Numbered from the stretch's first letter, positions 1-10,020 are shown. The stretch is 61,338 nucleotides of DNA from Candidatus Muproteobacteria bacterium RIFCSPHIGHO2_12_FULL_60_33 (GCA_001785195.1 MFTB01000014.1:1-61338), one strand, 5' to 3'. Translations and numbers: made by a program. Notes: generated from the sequence alone by a model not told the origin.

Positions 1-991
1 GGCCGATATAGCGGTTCTTGATGAAGCCCTCGCGGTACGGCAGGTCGAGTTCGTAGGCCATCTGCAACGCCGCGGTGCGCGAGGTGTCCGGAATCGGGAT
101 GACGACGTCGATATCGTGGTCCGGCCAGACGCGCTTGATCTTGTTCGCCAGCCGCTCGCCCATGCGCAGGCGCGTCTTGTGCACGTAGATGCCGTCCATC
201 ATCGAATCGGGACGGGCCATGTACACGAACTCGAAAATGCACGGCGCGTGCAACGGCTTCTCGGCGCATTGCTGGCTGTGCACCTGGCCGTTGACGTCCA
301 CCACGATGCACTCGCCCGGGGCGACGTCGCGCACCAGGTCGAATCCCACGACATCGAGCGCGACCGATTCCGAGGCGAACATGTATTCCGTGCCCTGCTC
401 GGTCTCGCGCTTGCCGTACACCAGCGGGCGGATGCCGTAGGGATCGCGGAAGGCGAGAATGCCGAAGCCCATAACCAGCATGGTGACGGCGTAGGCGCCT
501 CGGCAGCGCCGGTGCACCGCCGAGACGGCGCGGAAGATATGCTCCGGCGCGACGCGCAGTTTCGCGACCGCCTGGAGTTCGTGGGCGAAGACGTTGAGCA
601 GAATTTCGGAATCCGACTCGGTATTGATGTGCCGCAGGTCCTCGCGGTACAGGTCGTCCTTGAGCTGGTCGGCGTTGGTGAGGTTACCGTTATGCGCCAG
701 CGCCAGACCGTAGGGCGAGTTCACGTAAAACGGCTGGGCCTCGGCCGGGGAATCGCAGCCGGCGGTGGGATAGCGCACATGGCCGATGCCCATGTTGCCC
801 TTGAGGCCGAGCATGTGGCGTTCCTGGAACACGTCGCGCACCTGGCCGTTGTCCTTGCGCAGGTGGATGCGGTTGTCGTCGCAGGTGAGGATGCCGGCGG
901 CGTCCTGGCCGCGGTGCTGCAGGACCAGCAGGCCATCATAGATCGCCTGGTTTACCGGGGATTTGGCGAGAACGCCGATAATGCCGCACAT
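1..991 (-). CDS. purF: Amidophosphoribosyltransferase (3' end outside window)
   Basis: ATG at 991 reads [10 protein letters not shown] (N-terminal nucleophile Cys); [19 protein letters not shown] and HNGNLTN motifs; follows cvpA. Confidence 0.97.
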   Translation of the reverse strand, partial: MCGIIGVLAKSPVNQAIYDGLLVLQHRGQDAAGILTCDDNRIHLRKDNGQVRDVFQERHMLGLKGNMGIGHVRYPTAGCDSPAEAQPFYVNSPYGLALAHNGNLTNADQLKDDLYREDLRHINTESDSEILLNVFAHELQAVAKLRVAPEHIFRAVSAVHRRCRGAYAVTMLVMGFGILAFRDPYGIRPLVYGKRETEQGTEYMFASESVALDVVGFDLVRDVAPGECIVVDVNGQVHSQQCAEKPLHAPCIFEFVYMARPDSMMDGIYVHKTRLRMGERLANKIKRVWPDHDIDVVIPIPDTSRTAALQMAYELDLPYREGFIKNRYIG

Positions 992-1025
992 GCAGGGAAA
1001 AACCTCCTGTGCTTAAAGCGTAATT

Positions 1026-1520
1026 CTAGCCGTAGCGGATGTGGCGGGCAATATCGCGCGGAATATAACCGGCCACGTACACCGCCGCGCGCTCGAAAAA
1101 CGGCGTGAAAGCGGCGTCGCGCCACCAGTCGCGCTGCGGAACTGACGTCAACCCGGCGACAAGAACGACAGCGATGACGATCACGGCGCCGCGCGCCGTA
1201 CCGATCAGGCCGCCCAGCACGATATTGGCGGAGCGGAACACGCGTCTGAGCGGGAAGTATTTATGAATCAGCCACGAAGCCACCAGGCCCAGCACAAAAA
1301 CCAGGGCGAAAATCAGCACGAAGGCGAACAACTGGCGCAGCACGGCGTCTTCCATGAATCCCTTGAAAAGCTGCGACACCGGGGCGGCATAAAACCAGGC
1401 CAGCACGCCGGCCAATACCCACGTCAGCAGCGTGATCACCTCGCGCATCAGGCCACGCCACGCGCCGAGGGCGGCGAAGATCGCGACGATCCCGAGAATA
1501 AGCAGATCAAAACTGTTCAT
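1026..1520 (-). CDS. cvpA: CvpA family membrane protein
   Basis: 164 aa hydrophobic, GAWRGLMREV motif, canonical dedD-cvpA-purF order. Confidence 0.93.
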   Translation of the reverse strand: MNSFDLLILGIVAIFAALGAWRGLMREVITLLTWVLAGVLAWFYAAPVSQLFKGFMEDAVLRQLFAFVLIFALVFVLGLVASWLIHKYFPLRRVFRSANIVLGGLIGTARGAVIVIAVVLVAGLTSVPQRDWWRDAAFTPFFERAAVYVAGYIPRDIARHIRYG

Positions 1521-1526
1521 GCGTCC

Positions 1527-2138
1527 TCACGATGGCGATTGCACCACGCCGGCCACGCCGGTTTCCTTGCGGATTTGCGCCTGTGCCTTGTCCGCCCTGG
1601 CGCGGTCGGCGAACGGGCCGACGCGCAGCCGTAAGGCCTTTTTCCCGCCGACCGTCACCGAATCGGTATGAACGGCATGTCCCAGGCTTTTGAGCTTGTC
1701 ACGCAGTCGCAAAGCGTTTTGCGTGTTGGAAAAGGTTCCGACCTGCACTACCCAGCCATTTTCGATTTTAGCGGCGGCGGGCTGCGCCGGTTTCTCCGGG
1801 GCCGGTTCCGGTTTTTTCGCCACGGCCGGTTTCTCCGCCGGCACGGCGGGTTTGGCTTCCGGCGCGGGTTTACTCTCGGCCGGCGGCGGCGTGATTTTCG
1901 CTGCCTCGCTGCTTTCCCTGGGCTTGGCTTCGTCTGCGGGTACCGGCGTCACGACAACCCTGGTCTCGGTGATTTCCGTGCGCGGCGGCGCCTCGCGGAC
2001 GCCCTTGAGTTCGGCCGGCGGCTCACGCTCGTCGAGTATCATGGGCACAAAGATCACCACCAGCGCGACCAGCACGATCGCGCCGACGATGCGGTGTTTG
2101 GGGTTGAATACGGGACGGGCGTCGTCTCGGTCCGCCAT
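1527..2138 (-). CDS. dedD: SPOR-domain cell division protein DedD
   Basis: KHRIVGAIVLVAL TM, Pro/Ala linker, C-terminal SPOR (WVVQVGTF...LRVGPF); folC-dedD order. Confidence 0.9.
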   Translation of the reverse strand: MADRDDARPVFNPKHRIVGAIVLVALVVIFVPMILDEREPPAELKGVREAPPRTEITETRVVVTPVPADEAKPRESSEAAKITPPPAESKPAPEAKPAVPAEKPAVAKKPEPAPEKPAQPAAAKIENGWVVQVGTFSNTQNALRLRDKLKSLGHAVHTDSVTVGGKKALRLRVGPFADRARADKAQAQIRKETGVAGVVQSPS

Positions 2139-2142
2139 GGCA

Positions 2143-2356
2143 TTAAGAAGCTATGAACATTTCAAGAAAAGAAATCTCACCGCAAAGACGCGAAGAACGC
2201 AGAGAAAAACATGAATCTTTATTGGGAAAAATCTTTGCGCCCTTTGATGCGCGCCATCCCTGGCGCACCCCCTGCGGGCGCGCTTCGCGCGTCCAATTTT
2301 GTTCCTGACAAAATTGTGCGTCTTTGCGGTGAATAATCATTAATCAGAAATTCTTA
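2143..2356. repeat. MITE-like inverted-repeat element (9-bp-period family) with a 72-bp nested insert
   Basis: Left arm TCACCGCAAAGACGCGAAGAACGCAGAG (2177-2204). The right arm is split into 2233-2246 and 2319-2332 by an insert at 2247-2318. One end overlaps the folC stop codon. Confidence 0.8.
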
Positions 2357-3661
2357 GTCCTTTCCGAGCGCGGCCAGTATATCACCGACCGTGTGAAAGG
2401 AACCAAAGATGACGACGCGGTCGGACGCGCCGGCATCGTGCATGGCGGCGGCGTAGGCCTGGTGCACGTCATCGAATTCCTGGGCGGGTGTGTGCACTCC
2501 CGCCGACGTCAGCGCTTCGATCAAGTGCGCCGCCGTGGCCCCGCGCGGCACGTTCAGCGTCGCCGGATACCAGCGATCCACCACGCCCGCCAGCGGGCCG
2601 ATCACCGAGACGATGTCCTTGTCCCTGAGCATGCCGAACACGGCAAGCGTGCGGCCCGGGATCGCTTGCTGTTTCAGCGTCGCCGCCAGCGAGCGCGCCG
2701 CCTGCGCGTTGTGCGCCACGTCCAGCACACGCACCGGCCGGCCGGGGAGCACCTGGAAGCGGCCCGGGATCACCGCGGATATCAGGCCATCGCGGACATT
2801 CGCCTGCGTCACCGGGAACCGTGGATTGAACATTTCCAGCGCGGTCAGGGCGCAGGCGGCGTTGTACAACTGGTAATCGCCGCGCAGCGAGGGGTATGGC
2901 AGGCCGGCGCGTAGCCGCTCTCCCTTGCGCCAGGCCCAGTCCGTGGCGGAGCGTTCGATTTGAAAATCACGCCCGACTTGCAGCAGCCTGGCGCCGATGC
3001 GCGCCGCCTCGGCGGCGATGATTTCCGGCGGGTCCGGGTCGCCGCAGATGGCGGGACGCCCGGGGCGGAATATGCCGGCCTTTTCGCGGCCGATGGCCGC
3101 GCGCGTCGAGCCGAGCCAGGAAACATGATCGATATCCACCGCCGTGACGATCGACACGTCAGCGTCGATGGCGTTCACGGCGTCAAGCCGCCCGCCCATG
3201 CCGACTTCCAGCACCGCGATGTCGATTTTCGCGGACTGGAACAGATCGAAAGCGGCGAGGGTTCCGAACTCGAAATAGGTCAGTGGCACCGTACCGCGCG
3301 CGGCCTCGATGCGCTCGAACGCATTGCAAAGCTCGGCGTCGGTCGCGGCCCGGCCGTCAACGCGAACCCGTTCGTTATAACTAATAAGGTGCGGCGAGGT
3401 ATAGGCGCCGACCTTGTAACCCGCGCGGCGCAGGATGGTTTCGCACATCACCGTGGTCGAGCCCTTGCCGTTGGTGCCGGAGATGGCGACGGCGGCGTAC
3501 GGCGGGCGGCGCGGTCCCAGGTTGTCGAGCACGGCATGCACCCGGTCGAGCCCGAGCTCGATCATGCGCGGATGCAGCGTCTCGATCCACGCCAGCCAAT
3601 CGGAAAACGTCCGGGGTTTCAGATAAGCAGAAACCATCTCAAAATACCGTTCATCCTTCAT
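2354..3661 (-). CDS. folC: Bifunctional folylpolyglutamate/dihydrofolate synthase
   Basis: GTNGKGS, YTSPHL, LEVGMGGRLDAVN, DVAHN motifs; start uncertain (3661 or 3637). Confidence 0.95.
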   Translation of the reverse strand: MKDERYFEMVSAYLKPRTFSDWLAWIETLHPRMIELGLDRVHAVLDNLGPRRPPYAAVAISGTNGKGSTTVMCETILRRAGYKVGAYTSPHLISYNERVRVDGRAATDAELCNAFERIEAARGTVPLTYFEFGTLAAFDLFQSAKIDIAVLEVGMGGRLDAVNAIDADVSIVTAVDIDHVSWLGSTRAAIGREKAGIFRPGRPAICGDPDPPEIIAAEAARIGARLLQVGRDFQIERSATDWAWRKGERLRAGLPYPSLRGDYQLYNAACALTALEMFNPRFPVTQANVRDGLISAVIPGRFQVLPGRPVRVLDVAHNAQAARSLAATLKQQAIPGRTLAVFGMLRDKDIVSVIGPLAGVVDRWYPATLNVPRGATAAHLIEALTSAGVHTPAQEFDDVHQAYAAAMHDAGASDRVVIFGSFHTVGDILAALGKD

Positions 3662-3816
3662 CAAACGCTCTGGCAATAACGCGGAGGACGCAGAGGCGCA
3701 AAGCACGCGGAGTAATTCAAGTTAAAACTAAACTTCCATTATTTACTCTTTGCGTTCTCTGCGCCTTGGCGCTCTCTGCGTTATTTCCAGGGCCTCACAT
3801 TCTGAGACAGGTTCTA
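3629..3816. repeat. MITE-like inverted-repeat element between accD and folC
   Basis: Imperfect terminal repeats AGAAACCATCTCAAAA / TTCTGAGACAGGTTCTA; inner arms 3675-3713 and 3745-3785 built of ACGCAGAG-like 9-mers. Confidence 0.75.
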
Positions 3817-3819
3817 GAT

Positions 3820-4734
3820 TCAGGGGGATTCGGAGATCCCGGATTCGGTTTCCGCGGTCCGGGATGGCTGGTCGGAGGGCGCGGCCTGGCGCGTGAGCAT
3901 GGCCAGCAGATTGGCGAGCTTGTCGCGCATCTCGCGCCGGTCGATGATCAGGTCAATGGCGCCGTGTTCCAGCAGGAATTCCGAGCGCTGGAAGCCCTCG
4001 GGCAGTTTCTGGCGCACGGTCTGCTCGATCACGCGCGGGCCGGCAAAGCCGACGAGCGCGCGCGGTTCGGCCACGTTAATGTCGCCCAGCATGGCGAAGC
4101 TCGCCGACACGCCGCCCATGGTCGGGTCCGTCAGCACCGAGACAAACGGAATGCCGGCGTCGCTCAGATGCGTCAGGGCCGCGCTGGTCTTGGCCATTTG
4201 CATCAGCGACATCAGCGCCTCCTGCATGCGCGCCCCGCCGCTCGCGGAGAAACACACGAGCGGAATTTTCTTCTCGAGACAGACATTCACGCCGCGCACG
4301 AAACGCTCACCCACCACCGCGCCCATGGAGCCGCCCATGAAGCCGAACTCGAAGGCACCCGCCACCAGCGGCATGCCCTTGAGCGCGCCTTCCATGACAA
4401 TCAGCGCGTCGCGTTCGCCGGTGGTCCGCTGCGCCTCGGCCAGGCGGTCGCGGTATTTCTTGGTGTCCTTGAACTTCATGGGGTCCACCGGAAACAGGGT
4501 CGCGCCAATCTCCGCGCGCGGTTCCGGGTCGAGGAAGATATCGAGCCGCCGGCGCGCGCCGATGCGCATGTGGTGCGCGCACTTGGGGCAGACCTCGAGG
4601 TTGCTCTCGATCTCGGCGTTGTACAGTACCGTGCCGCAGGCGGGGCATTTCTTCCACAGGCCCTCGGGCACCGAGGTCTTTTTGACACCCTGGCTCTTGA
4701 TTTTGGGCGGGACCAGCTTGTCGAACCAGCTCAT
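3820..4734 (-). CDS. accD: Acetyl-CoA carboxylase carboxyltransferase beta subunit
   Basis: GLWKKCPAC...CPKC zinc ribbon, [15 protein letters not shown]. Confidence 0.98.
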   Translation of the reverse strand: MSWFDKLVPPKIKSQGVKKTSVPEGLWKKCPACGTVLYNAEIESNLEVCPKCAHHMRIGARRRLDIFLDPEPRAEIGATLFPVDPMKFKDTKKYRDRLAEAQRTTGERDALIVMEGALKGMPLVAGAFEFGFMGGSMGAVVGERFVRGVNVCLEKKIPLVCFSASGGARMQEALMSLMQMAKTSAALTHLSDAGIPFVSVLTDPTMGGVSASFAMLGDINVAEPRALVGFAGPRVIEQTVRQKLPEGFQRSEFLLEHGAIDLIIDRREMRDKLANLLAMLTRQAAPSDQPSRTAETESGISESP

Positions 4735-5573
4735 CGGTTTGCTCCGGTGGCGGACGTCGAGGCCAAGGTGGCATGGTCCATCGCCGCGCGCAAGCGGGCG
4801 ATAAAGGCCGGCACCTCGCTCAGGATTTTATCCGGATTCGCCGCCATTTCCTCCATGCGCTTGACCACGGCGCTGCCGACGATGACGGCATCGGCCACGC
4901 CCGCGACTTGCGCGGCGGCTTCGGGACCGCTGATGCCGAAGCCGACGCCGAGCGGCAGCCTGGTATGAGCGCGGATTTCCTTGAGTTTGGCCGTCACCTC
5001 GCGCACATCCAGGTTGGCCGCCCCGGTCACGCCGCGCAGCGACACATAATAGATAAATCCGCTCGCGGCCCGGGCGATCAGCTTGATGCGTTCGGCGGGG
5101 CTGGTCGGGGCCAGCAGAAAGATGGTATCCAGCCCCCGCTGCTTCAGCGCGGATTGGAACGCCTCCGCCTCTTCCGGTGGCAGATCCACGGTGAGCACAC
5201 CGTCCACCCCGGCGTCGGCGGCCTCCGTGGCGAAGCGCGTGTAGCCCATCGCCTCGATGGGGTTCAAATAACCCATGAGCACCACCGGCGTGGTTTTGTC
5301 CTTTTCCCGGAACTCGCGCACCATCGCCATTACGCGTGTCAGACTTATTTTATGTTTCAACGCGCGCTCGGCAGCGCGCTGGATCACTGGCCCGTCGGCC
5401 ATAGGGTCGGAAAACGGCACGCCCAGCTCGAGGACATCCGCGCCGCTATTGACGAGCGCGTGCATCAGCGGCACTGTAACCCACGGCTCGGGGTCGCCCG
5501 CGGTTATATAAGGTATGAGGGCGCGCCGGCCCTGCTGCTGCAACGCCTGCATTTTCTGCGCGATGCGCGACAT
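4731..5573 (-). CDS. trpA: Tryptophan synthase alpha chain
   Basis: [27 protein letters not shown]. Confidence 0.98.
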   Translation of the reverse strand: MSRIAQKMQALQQQGRRALIPYITAGDPEPWVTVPLMHALVNSGADVLELGVPFSDPMADGPVIQRAAERALKHKISLTRVMAMVREFREKDKTTPVVLMGYLNPIEAMGYTRFATEAADAGVDGVLTVDLPPEEAEAFQSALKQRGLDTIFLLAPTSPAERIKLIARAASGFIYYVSLRGVTGAANLDVREVTAKLKEIRAHTRLPLGVGFGISGPEAAAQVAGVADAVIVGSAVVKRMEEMAANPDKILSEVPAFIARLRAAMDHATLASTSATGANR

Positions 5574-5574
5574 C

Positions 5575-5715
5575 AAGAAACCTCTGAAATAGTTTTCAAC
5601 GCAGAGACGCGGAGAACGCAGAGGTACGCAGAGATTTTTCTCATTGAAAATCTACGAATTTTCTCTGCGCCTTTGCGCCTTTGCGTTGAGTAGTTCATCG
5701 GTCAGAGAATCTCTA
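5575..5715. repeat. MITE-like inverted-repeat element between trpB and trpA
   Basis: TCAACGCAGAGACGCGGAGAACGCAGAG ... CTCTGCGCCTTTGCGCCTTTGCGTTGA; arms closely match 57144-57281; one end overlaps the trpB TAG. Confidence 0.85.
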
Positions 5716-6912
5716 GAATGAAATACCTTCGAGACTGGCTACCGTGTGGATGTCCTTGTCGCCACGGCCGGAGAGATTGATCACCATGAGCTTGTCTTTC
5801 CCGAGTTCCGGCGCGAGTTTTTTCGCGTAGGCCAGTGCGTGGCTGGATTCCAGCGCCGGCATGATGCCCTCGGTGCGGGTCAGTTCGTGGAATGATTCGA
5901 GCGCCTCCTTGTCGGTGATGGACACATATTGTGCGCGGCCCGAATCCTTGAGGTAGGCATGTTCCGGACCCACGCCCGGGTAGTCGAGCCCGGCGGAGAT
6001 GGAATGGGTCTCGGTGATCTGGCCGTCTTCGGTTTCCAATAAATAGGTGCGGTTGCCGTGCAACACGCCGGGCCTGCCGGCACACAGGGTCGCGGCATGA
6101 TGCCCGGTCGCGACACCCTCTCCCGCCGCTTCCACGCCGTACATGGCGACACCCTTATCCTTGATAAACGGGTAAAACAGACCCATGGCATTGGAACCGC
6201 CACCCACGCAGGCGACGAGCGCGTCCGGCAGGCGTTTTTCCAGTTCCTTGATCTGCGTGCGCGTCTCGCGCCCGATCACGCTCTGGAAATCGCGCACCAG
6301 CATCGGGTAGGGATGGGGGCCGGCGACGGTGCCGATGATATAAAAGGTGTTCTCAACGTTCGTCACCCAGTCGCGCATGGCCTCGTTCAGCGCATCCTTG
6401 AGCGTTTTCGACCCGGATTCAACCGGCACCACCTCGGCGCCGAGCAGCTTCATGCGATAGACGTTGATCGCCTGGCGCTTCATGTCCTCGGAACCCATGT
6501 ACACCACACATTGCATGCCGAAGCGCGCGGCCACGGTCGCGGTCGCCACGCCATGCTGGCCGGCGCCGGTCTCGGCGATCACACGTTTCTTGCCCATGTG
6601 GCGCGCGAGCAACGCCTGGCCGATGGTGTTGTTGATCTTGTGCGCGCCGGTGTGGTTCAGGTCTTCGCGCTTGAGGTAAATCTTCGCCCCGCCCCAGTTT
6701 TCGGTCAGGCGCCTGGCGAGATAAAGCGGGCTGGGACGGCCGACGTAATGGCGCAGGTCGTCTTTGAATTCCTTCTGGAATGCCGCATCGTCGCGCAGGC
6801 GCTCATACGCCGTGCGCAACTCCTTGAGCGGCTGCATCAGGGTTTCGGAAACGAAAATTCCGCCGTAATCGCCGAAGTGACCGCGTTTGTCCGGCAGGTC
6901 GTAGGCGCTCAT
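5713..6912 (-). CDS. trpB: Tryptophan synthase beta chain
   Basis: [18 protein letters not shown] motif, [17 protein letters not shown]; start MSAYDLPD at 6912 with GGAGG RBS. Confidence 0.98.
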   Translation of the reverse strand: MSAYDLPDKRGHFGDYGGIFVSETLMQPLKELRTAYERLRDDAAFQKEFKDDLRHYVGRPSPLYLARRLTENWGGAKIYLKREDLNHTGAHKINNTIGQALLARHMGKKRVIAETGAGQHGVATATVAARFGMQCVVYMGSEDMKRQAINVYRMKLLGAEVVPVESGSKTLKDALNEAMRDWVTNVENTFYIIGTVAGPHPYPMLVRDFQSVIGRETRTQIKELEKRLPDALVACVGGGSNAMGLFYPFIKDKGVAMYGVEAAGEGVATGHHAATLCAGRPGVLHGNRTYLLETEDGQITETHSISAGLDYPGVGPEHAYLKDSGRAQYVSITDKEALESFHELTRTEGIMPALESSHALAYAKKLAPELGKDKLMVINLSGRGDKDIHTVASLEGISF

Positions 6913-7025
6913 GCCGCCGCCTCCGTTATGCCGATCCAAATTTGCGCGCCTCGCTGTCGGCGTCCGGCGGCAATTCGCCGGTCGCATCCCCATGCTTCGC
7001 ATGGGGCCCCTGCTCCACGGCTCAT
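6909..7025 (-). repeat. 117-bp intergenic element carrying a 38-aa bridge ORF (copy 1)
   Basis: Core 6955-7013 aligns with 44565-44624. The ORF's ATG overlaps the trpF TGA and its TGA overlaps the trpB ATG. Confidence 0.8.
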
Positions 7026-7642
7026 ACCGACCTCCGTACAGCTTCGATAAAAGCGGTAATTTTTCCTGCGTCCTTGACGCCTTTACTTTGCTCCACTCCG
7101 CTCGACACATCCACGGCACAAGGGCGCACCCGGCGGACAGCCTCGCCGACATTCTCAGGAGTCAATCCGCCTGCGAGAACCAGGGGCTTGCCCAGATCAT
7201 GTGGCACGCGGTTCCAGTCGAATACCTGGCCGGAACCTCCGGCCGTGTCCGCGACATAGGTATCGAGCAGCAACCCGGTGGCGTCACCATAGAGACGCGC
7301 CATCTCGTGCAGATCGACGTCGGGTTTCATGTGGATAGCCTTGATGTAAGAGCGGTGATAGCGGCGGCACTGTTCAGGCTTTTCGTTGCCGTGAAATTGT
7401 ATCAGATCGAGCGGTACGTGGCTCAGGACGCCCTCCACGGTGTCGGGCGCGGGGTTCACAAACAGGCCCACGACCGTTATGAACGGCGGCAGCGCGCGCG
7501 TGATCTTGAGCGCCTGGTCGGGATGGACGTGACGCGGGCTTTTGGGGTCAAAAACGAAACCGATGGCATCGGCCCCGGCCTGCGCCGCGGCGATGGCATC
7601 CTCGATGCGGGTGATGCCGCAGATTTTCACGCGCGTACGCAT
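7022..7642 (-). CDS. trpF: Phosphoribosylanthranilate isomerase
   Basis: [26 protein letters not shown]. Confidence 0.97.
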   Translation of the reverse strand: MRTRVKICGITRIEDAIAAAQAGADAIGFVFDPKSPRHVHPDQALKITRALPPFITVVGLFVNPAPDTVEGVLSHVPLDLIQFHGNEKPEQCRRYHRSYIKAIHMKPDVDLHEMARLYGDATGLLLDTYVADTAGGSGQVFDWNRVPHDLGKPLVLAGGLTPENVGEAVRRVRPCAVDVSSGVEQSKGVKDAGKITAFIEAVRRSV

Positions 7643-7666
7643 GGTCCCTCCAGAAGGCCGCGAAGC

Positions 7667-8446
7667 TTACCAAAGCCCGACGGCACGCGAAAGCCGCGGG
7701 AGTTTGAACGTCTCGGGATACTCGATTTCCCGCAGATAAAGTCCGTCGGCCGCGGCGGTCACGCCGCCGGCCTTACGGTCGCGCGCTTCGAGCACTGCCT
7801 TCGCCCAATCCGGTTCGTGCTCGCCCGCGCCGATGGTCATGAGCACGCCCGCCAGGTTGCGCACCATGTGTTGCAAGAAGGCGTTGGCGTGGGCGCGGAT
7901 GTGGACAAACTCATCCTGACGCACCACCTCGAGTGCACGCAGCTCACGCATCGGGCTTTTCGCCTGACATTCGGTGGCGCGAAACGAGGTGAAGTCGTGC
8001 TCGCCGAGCAGGTATTTCGCCGCCACCTGCATGGGCGCAACATCGAGCAGGCGGTATTCGTGCGTGACGCGCCGCGCCAGGTAGGTCGGCCGGATCAGGC
8101 GATTCAGAATGACATAATGATAATGCCGGCCGGTCGCGGAATAGCGCGCATGAAAACCATCGTCTACCGGCCCTGCCCACAGCAGCGCCACGTCCGGCGG
8201 AAGATGGCTGTTGGCGCCGCGCACCCAGGAGTAATCGCTGCGCGTGGCGCTGGTATCGAAATGAATTACCTGCGCCAGCGCATGCACGCCGGCGTCCGTG
8301 CGCCCCGCGACCGTCACCTGTATAGGCTCGTCCGCCACCCTGGACAGGGCTTCCTCGACAATGGCCTGCACCGAACGCGCGTGATCCTGCCGCTGCCAGC
8401 CGGAGAAGTGGGAACCGTCGTATTCAAGGATCGCGGCGATGCGCAT
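7667..8446 (-). CDS. truA: tRNA pseudouridine(38-40) synthase
   Basis: EYDGSHFSGWQRQ, AGRTDAGVHA, FLQHMVRN. Confidence 0.98.
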   Translation of the reverse strand: MRIAAILEYDGSHFSGWQRQDHARSVQAIVEEALSRVADEPIQVTVAGRTDAGVHALAQVIHFDTSATRSDYSWVRGANSHLPPDVALLWAGPVDDGFHARYSATGRHYHYVILNRLIRPTYLARRVTHEYRLLDVAPMQVAAKYLLGEHDFTSFRATECQAKSPMRELRALEVVRQDEFVHIRAHANAFLQHMVRNLAGVLMTIGAGEHEPDWAKAVLEARDRKAGGVTAAADGLYLREIEYPETFKLPRLSRAVGLW

Positions 8447-8503
8447 GGGACGTTCATTTTACCCGGTTCGACCGCCAATGCGCCGGGTCCAACGGGCAGG
8501 ACA

Positions 8504-8854
8504 TCAGTCCCCAGGCTCGGGTTTAGGCAGGCCGGCGAGCTTGCAAAGCTCGCGGATGGGGTCGCGCGGGAACAGTTTATAGACAAACTTCTCGTAGGTC
8601 TTGCGGTCGTGGAAGTGCTCGCCGCTCTGCCGGCCGAGAGACAACACGAGCTGGCGCATGCTCGGATGGGAACTGTATTGCTGGTAATACTCGCGGAAGT
8701 AACCGATCAACCCCCAGCTCTCGTCGTAGAGCTGGATGCCGTCCTGCTCCGCCACCTTTTCAGCGAACTCTTCGCTCCAGTCCTCGGGATGGAGAAGAAA
8801 TCCCTGTTCGTCCGTCTCGATCAGCCGACCGTTCACGATCACGCTCACTGGCAC
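8504..8854 (-). CDS. TusE/DsrC/DsvC family sulfur-relay protein lacking the C-terminal cysteine
   Basis: ETDEQGFL..PEDWSEE, LFP, CKLAGLPKP; ends PEPGD. Confidence 0.88.
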   Translation of the reverse strand: MPVSVIVNGRLIETDEQGFLLHPEDWSEEFAEKVAEQDGIQLYDESWGLIGYFREYYQQYSSHPSMRQLVLSLGRQSGEHFHDRKTYEKFVYKLFPRDPIRELCKLAGLPKPEPGD

Positions 8855-8953
8855 CTCTCGCGGATTTTATCCGCTGTGTGGAAGGCCGAGGCCTGAGTTA
8901 TCGTGGCCTTTTTCCCGATAAGTATAGCGTTCGGACTGTGGTAACGACCGGCC

Positions 8954-9322
8954 TCAAGCCTCGGCACGCAGCCTGTCACGCACCAGACGCTCCAGCTCCC
9001 CGAGCGAATGGCAGCGGTTGATCTCCTCGCGGGTAACCCATGCTTCCAGTGCGCCATTATTCTTGCGGAACACCGCCGGTAATCCCACATCGCGCATGCC
9101 ATATTGTTTTTCGAGTTCATCCCGGTGCAGAAACTCGACCGAAACTCCGAGCCCCGCGACGAAGTTTTTCCATTCATCGCGCATGCTGAAAGTGGAATGC
9201 GTGATCGCGCAGAGATTACACGAGTAGGTTTTCGGCGAGACGATCTTGTGGCCGATGTCGAGCAGCGTGTTCACGAATCCGCTGTCGGCGTTGTAGACGA
9301 AGATTAGGGCTGGCTGGCTCAT
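8954..9322 (-). CDS. Conserved hypothetical protein with CxxC (YSCNLCAITH)
   Basis: 122 aa, LIFVYNADSG N-terminus, RBS GAAGG. Confidence 0.7.
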   Translation of the reverse strand: MSQPALIFVYNADSGFVNTLLDIGHKIVSPKTYSCNLCAITHSTFSMRDEWKNFVAGLGVSVEFLHRDELEKQYGMRDVGLPAVFRKNNGALEAWVTREEINRCHSLGELERLVRDRLRAEA

Positions 9323-9405
9323 GGTCGTGCCACCTTCGGCGGCGTATATGCATGCGGGCTCTCGTGCCCGCACGGCGGGTTACTCTCCTTCTGGGGTCGG
9401 AGATA

Positions 9406-10020
9406 TTAGGAGGATAATAATAGAAAAATAATGGAAAAAGAAATTGCAGCAAAAACTATGATAGCAATAACTTTGTCTCCAGGCTCGAGATCTCTCCAAT
9501 TTACACTAACACCTTTTGTTGGATTGGCTGGTTTGTGCTCTGTTGATTTTTTACCTTCTCCCAACATAGAAACACGTAGCGAAATATAGATGGCCTTTGC
9601 CTTATCCTCTGCCCCATCCGCAAGCGAGAAGGCTCTTGCCCAAACCGCTTTATCTTTATTTCCGCTTTCTATCTCATCCCATGCAATTTCATAAGATTTA
9701 TCATGCGTTCTATCTATACGGCTGACTGGATTCTTGTTTTCATCATTGCTATGGCGCTCAAGATTTGATTCGATATTTTCCCGCTCTTTTTTTTCAGAGA
9801 AACTCTGGTTTAGAGGACTTTTTCTTATTGCGCGTTTCATGGCAGATACTGACTGGACAATGACATATGTAATAACACCGAATACTATGCCGCTAACCAA
9901 CCATCTTGAAAAAAACTCAAGATAGTAGCTGTTGCCAGCATATCTGATCATTGTGAAGTGCACAGATATCGGAACAAGCCCCAGAGTGACGATAAGCGAC
10001 CATCTTAGTGCGGTGCTCAT
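9406..10020 (-). CDS. Hypothetical membrane protein (AT-rich island)
   Basis: Two N-terminal and one C-terminal hydrophobic segments; ATGA overlap with the upstream ORF. Confidence 0.65.
   Translation of the reverse strand: MSTALRWSLIVTLGLVPISVHFTMIRYAGNSYYLEFFSRWLVSGIVFGVITYVIVQSVSAMKRAIRKSPLNQSFSEKKERENIESNLERHSNDENKNPVSRIDRTHDKSYEIAWDEIESGNKDKAVWARAFSLADGAEDKAKAIYISLRVSMLGEGKKSTEHKPANPTKGVSVNWRDLEPGDKVIAIIVFAAISFSIIFLLLSS

Noticed and set aside
5575-5715. CRISPR array suggested by the short periodic repeats here and at 26461, 35858 and 57109
   Set aside because: The repeats are 7-10 bp tandem units in inverted arms, with no unique spacers and no cas genes.
6909-7025. trp attenuator leader peptide
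   Set aside because: It has two non-adjacent Trp codons and no terminator U-tract, it is mid-operon, and a related element sits in the mur cluster with no Trp.
6913-7152. N-terminal extensions in the ORF track for trpB (also ftsW, murC, murE, lpxC, coaE, parA)
   Set aside because: They overlap upstream genes or structured leaders; internal starts match family N-termini and have an RBS or stop/start overlap.
6911-8896. Long plus-strand ORF of 661 aa (likewise 13645-15048, 27580-29319, 36838-38334, 116-1108)
   Set aside because: Antisense shadows of well-supported GC-rich genes.
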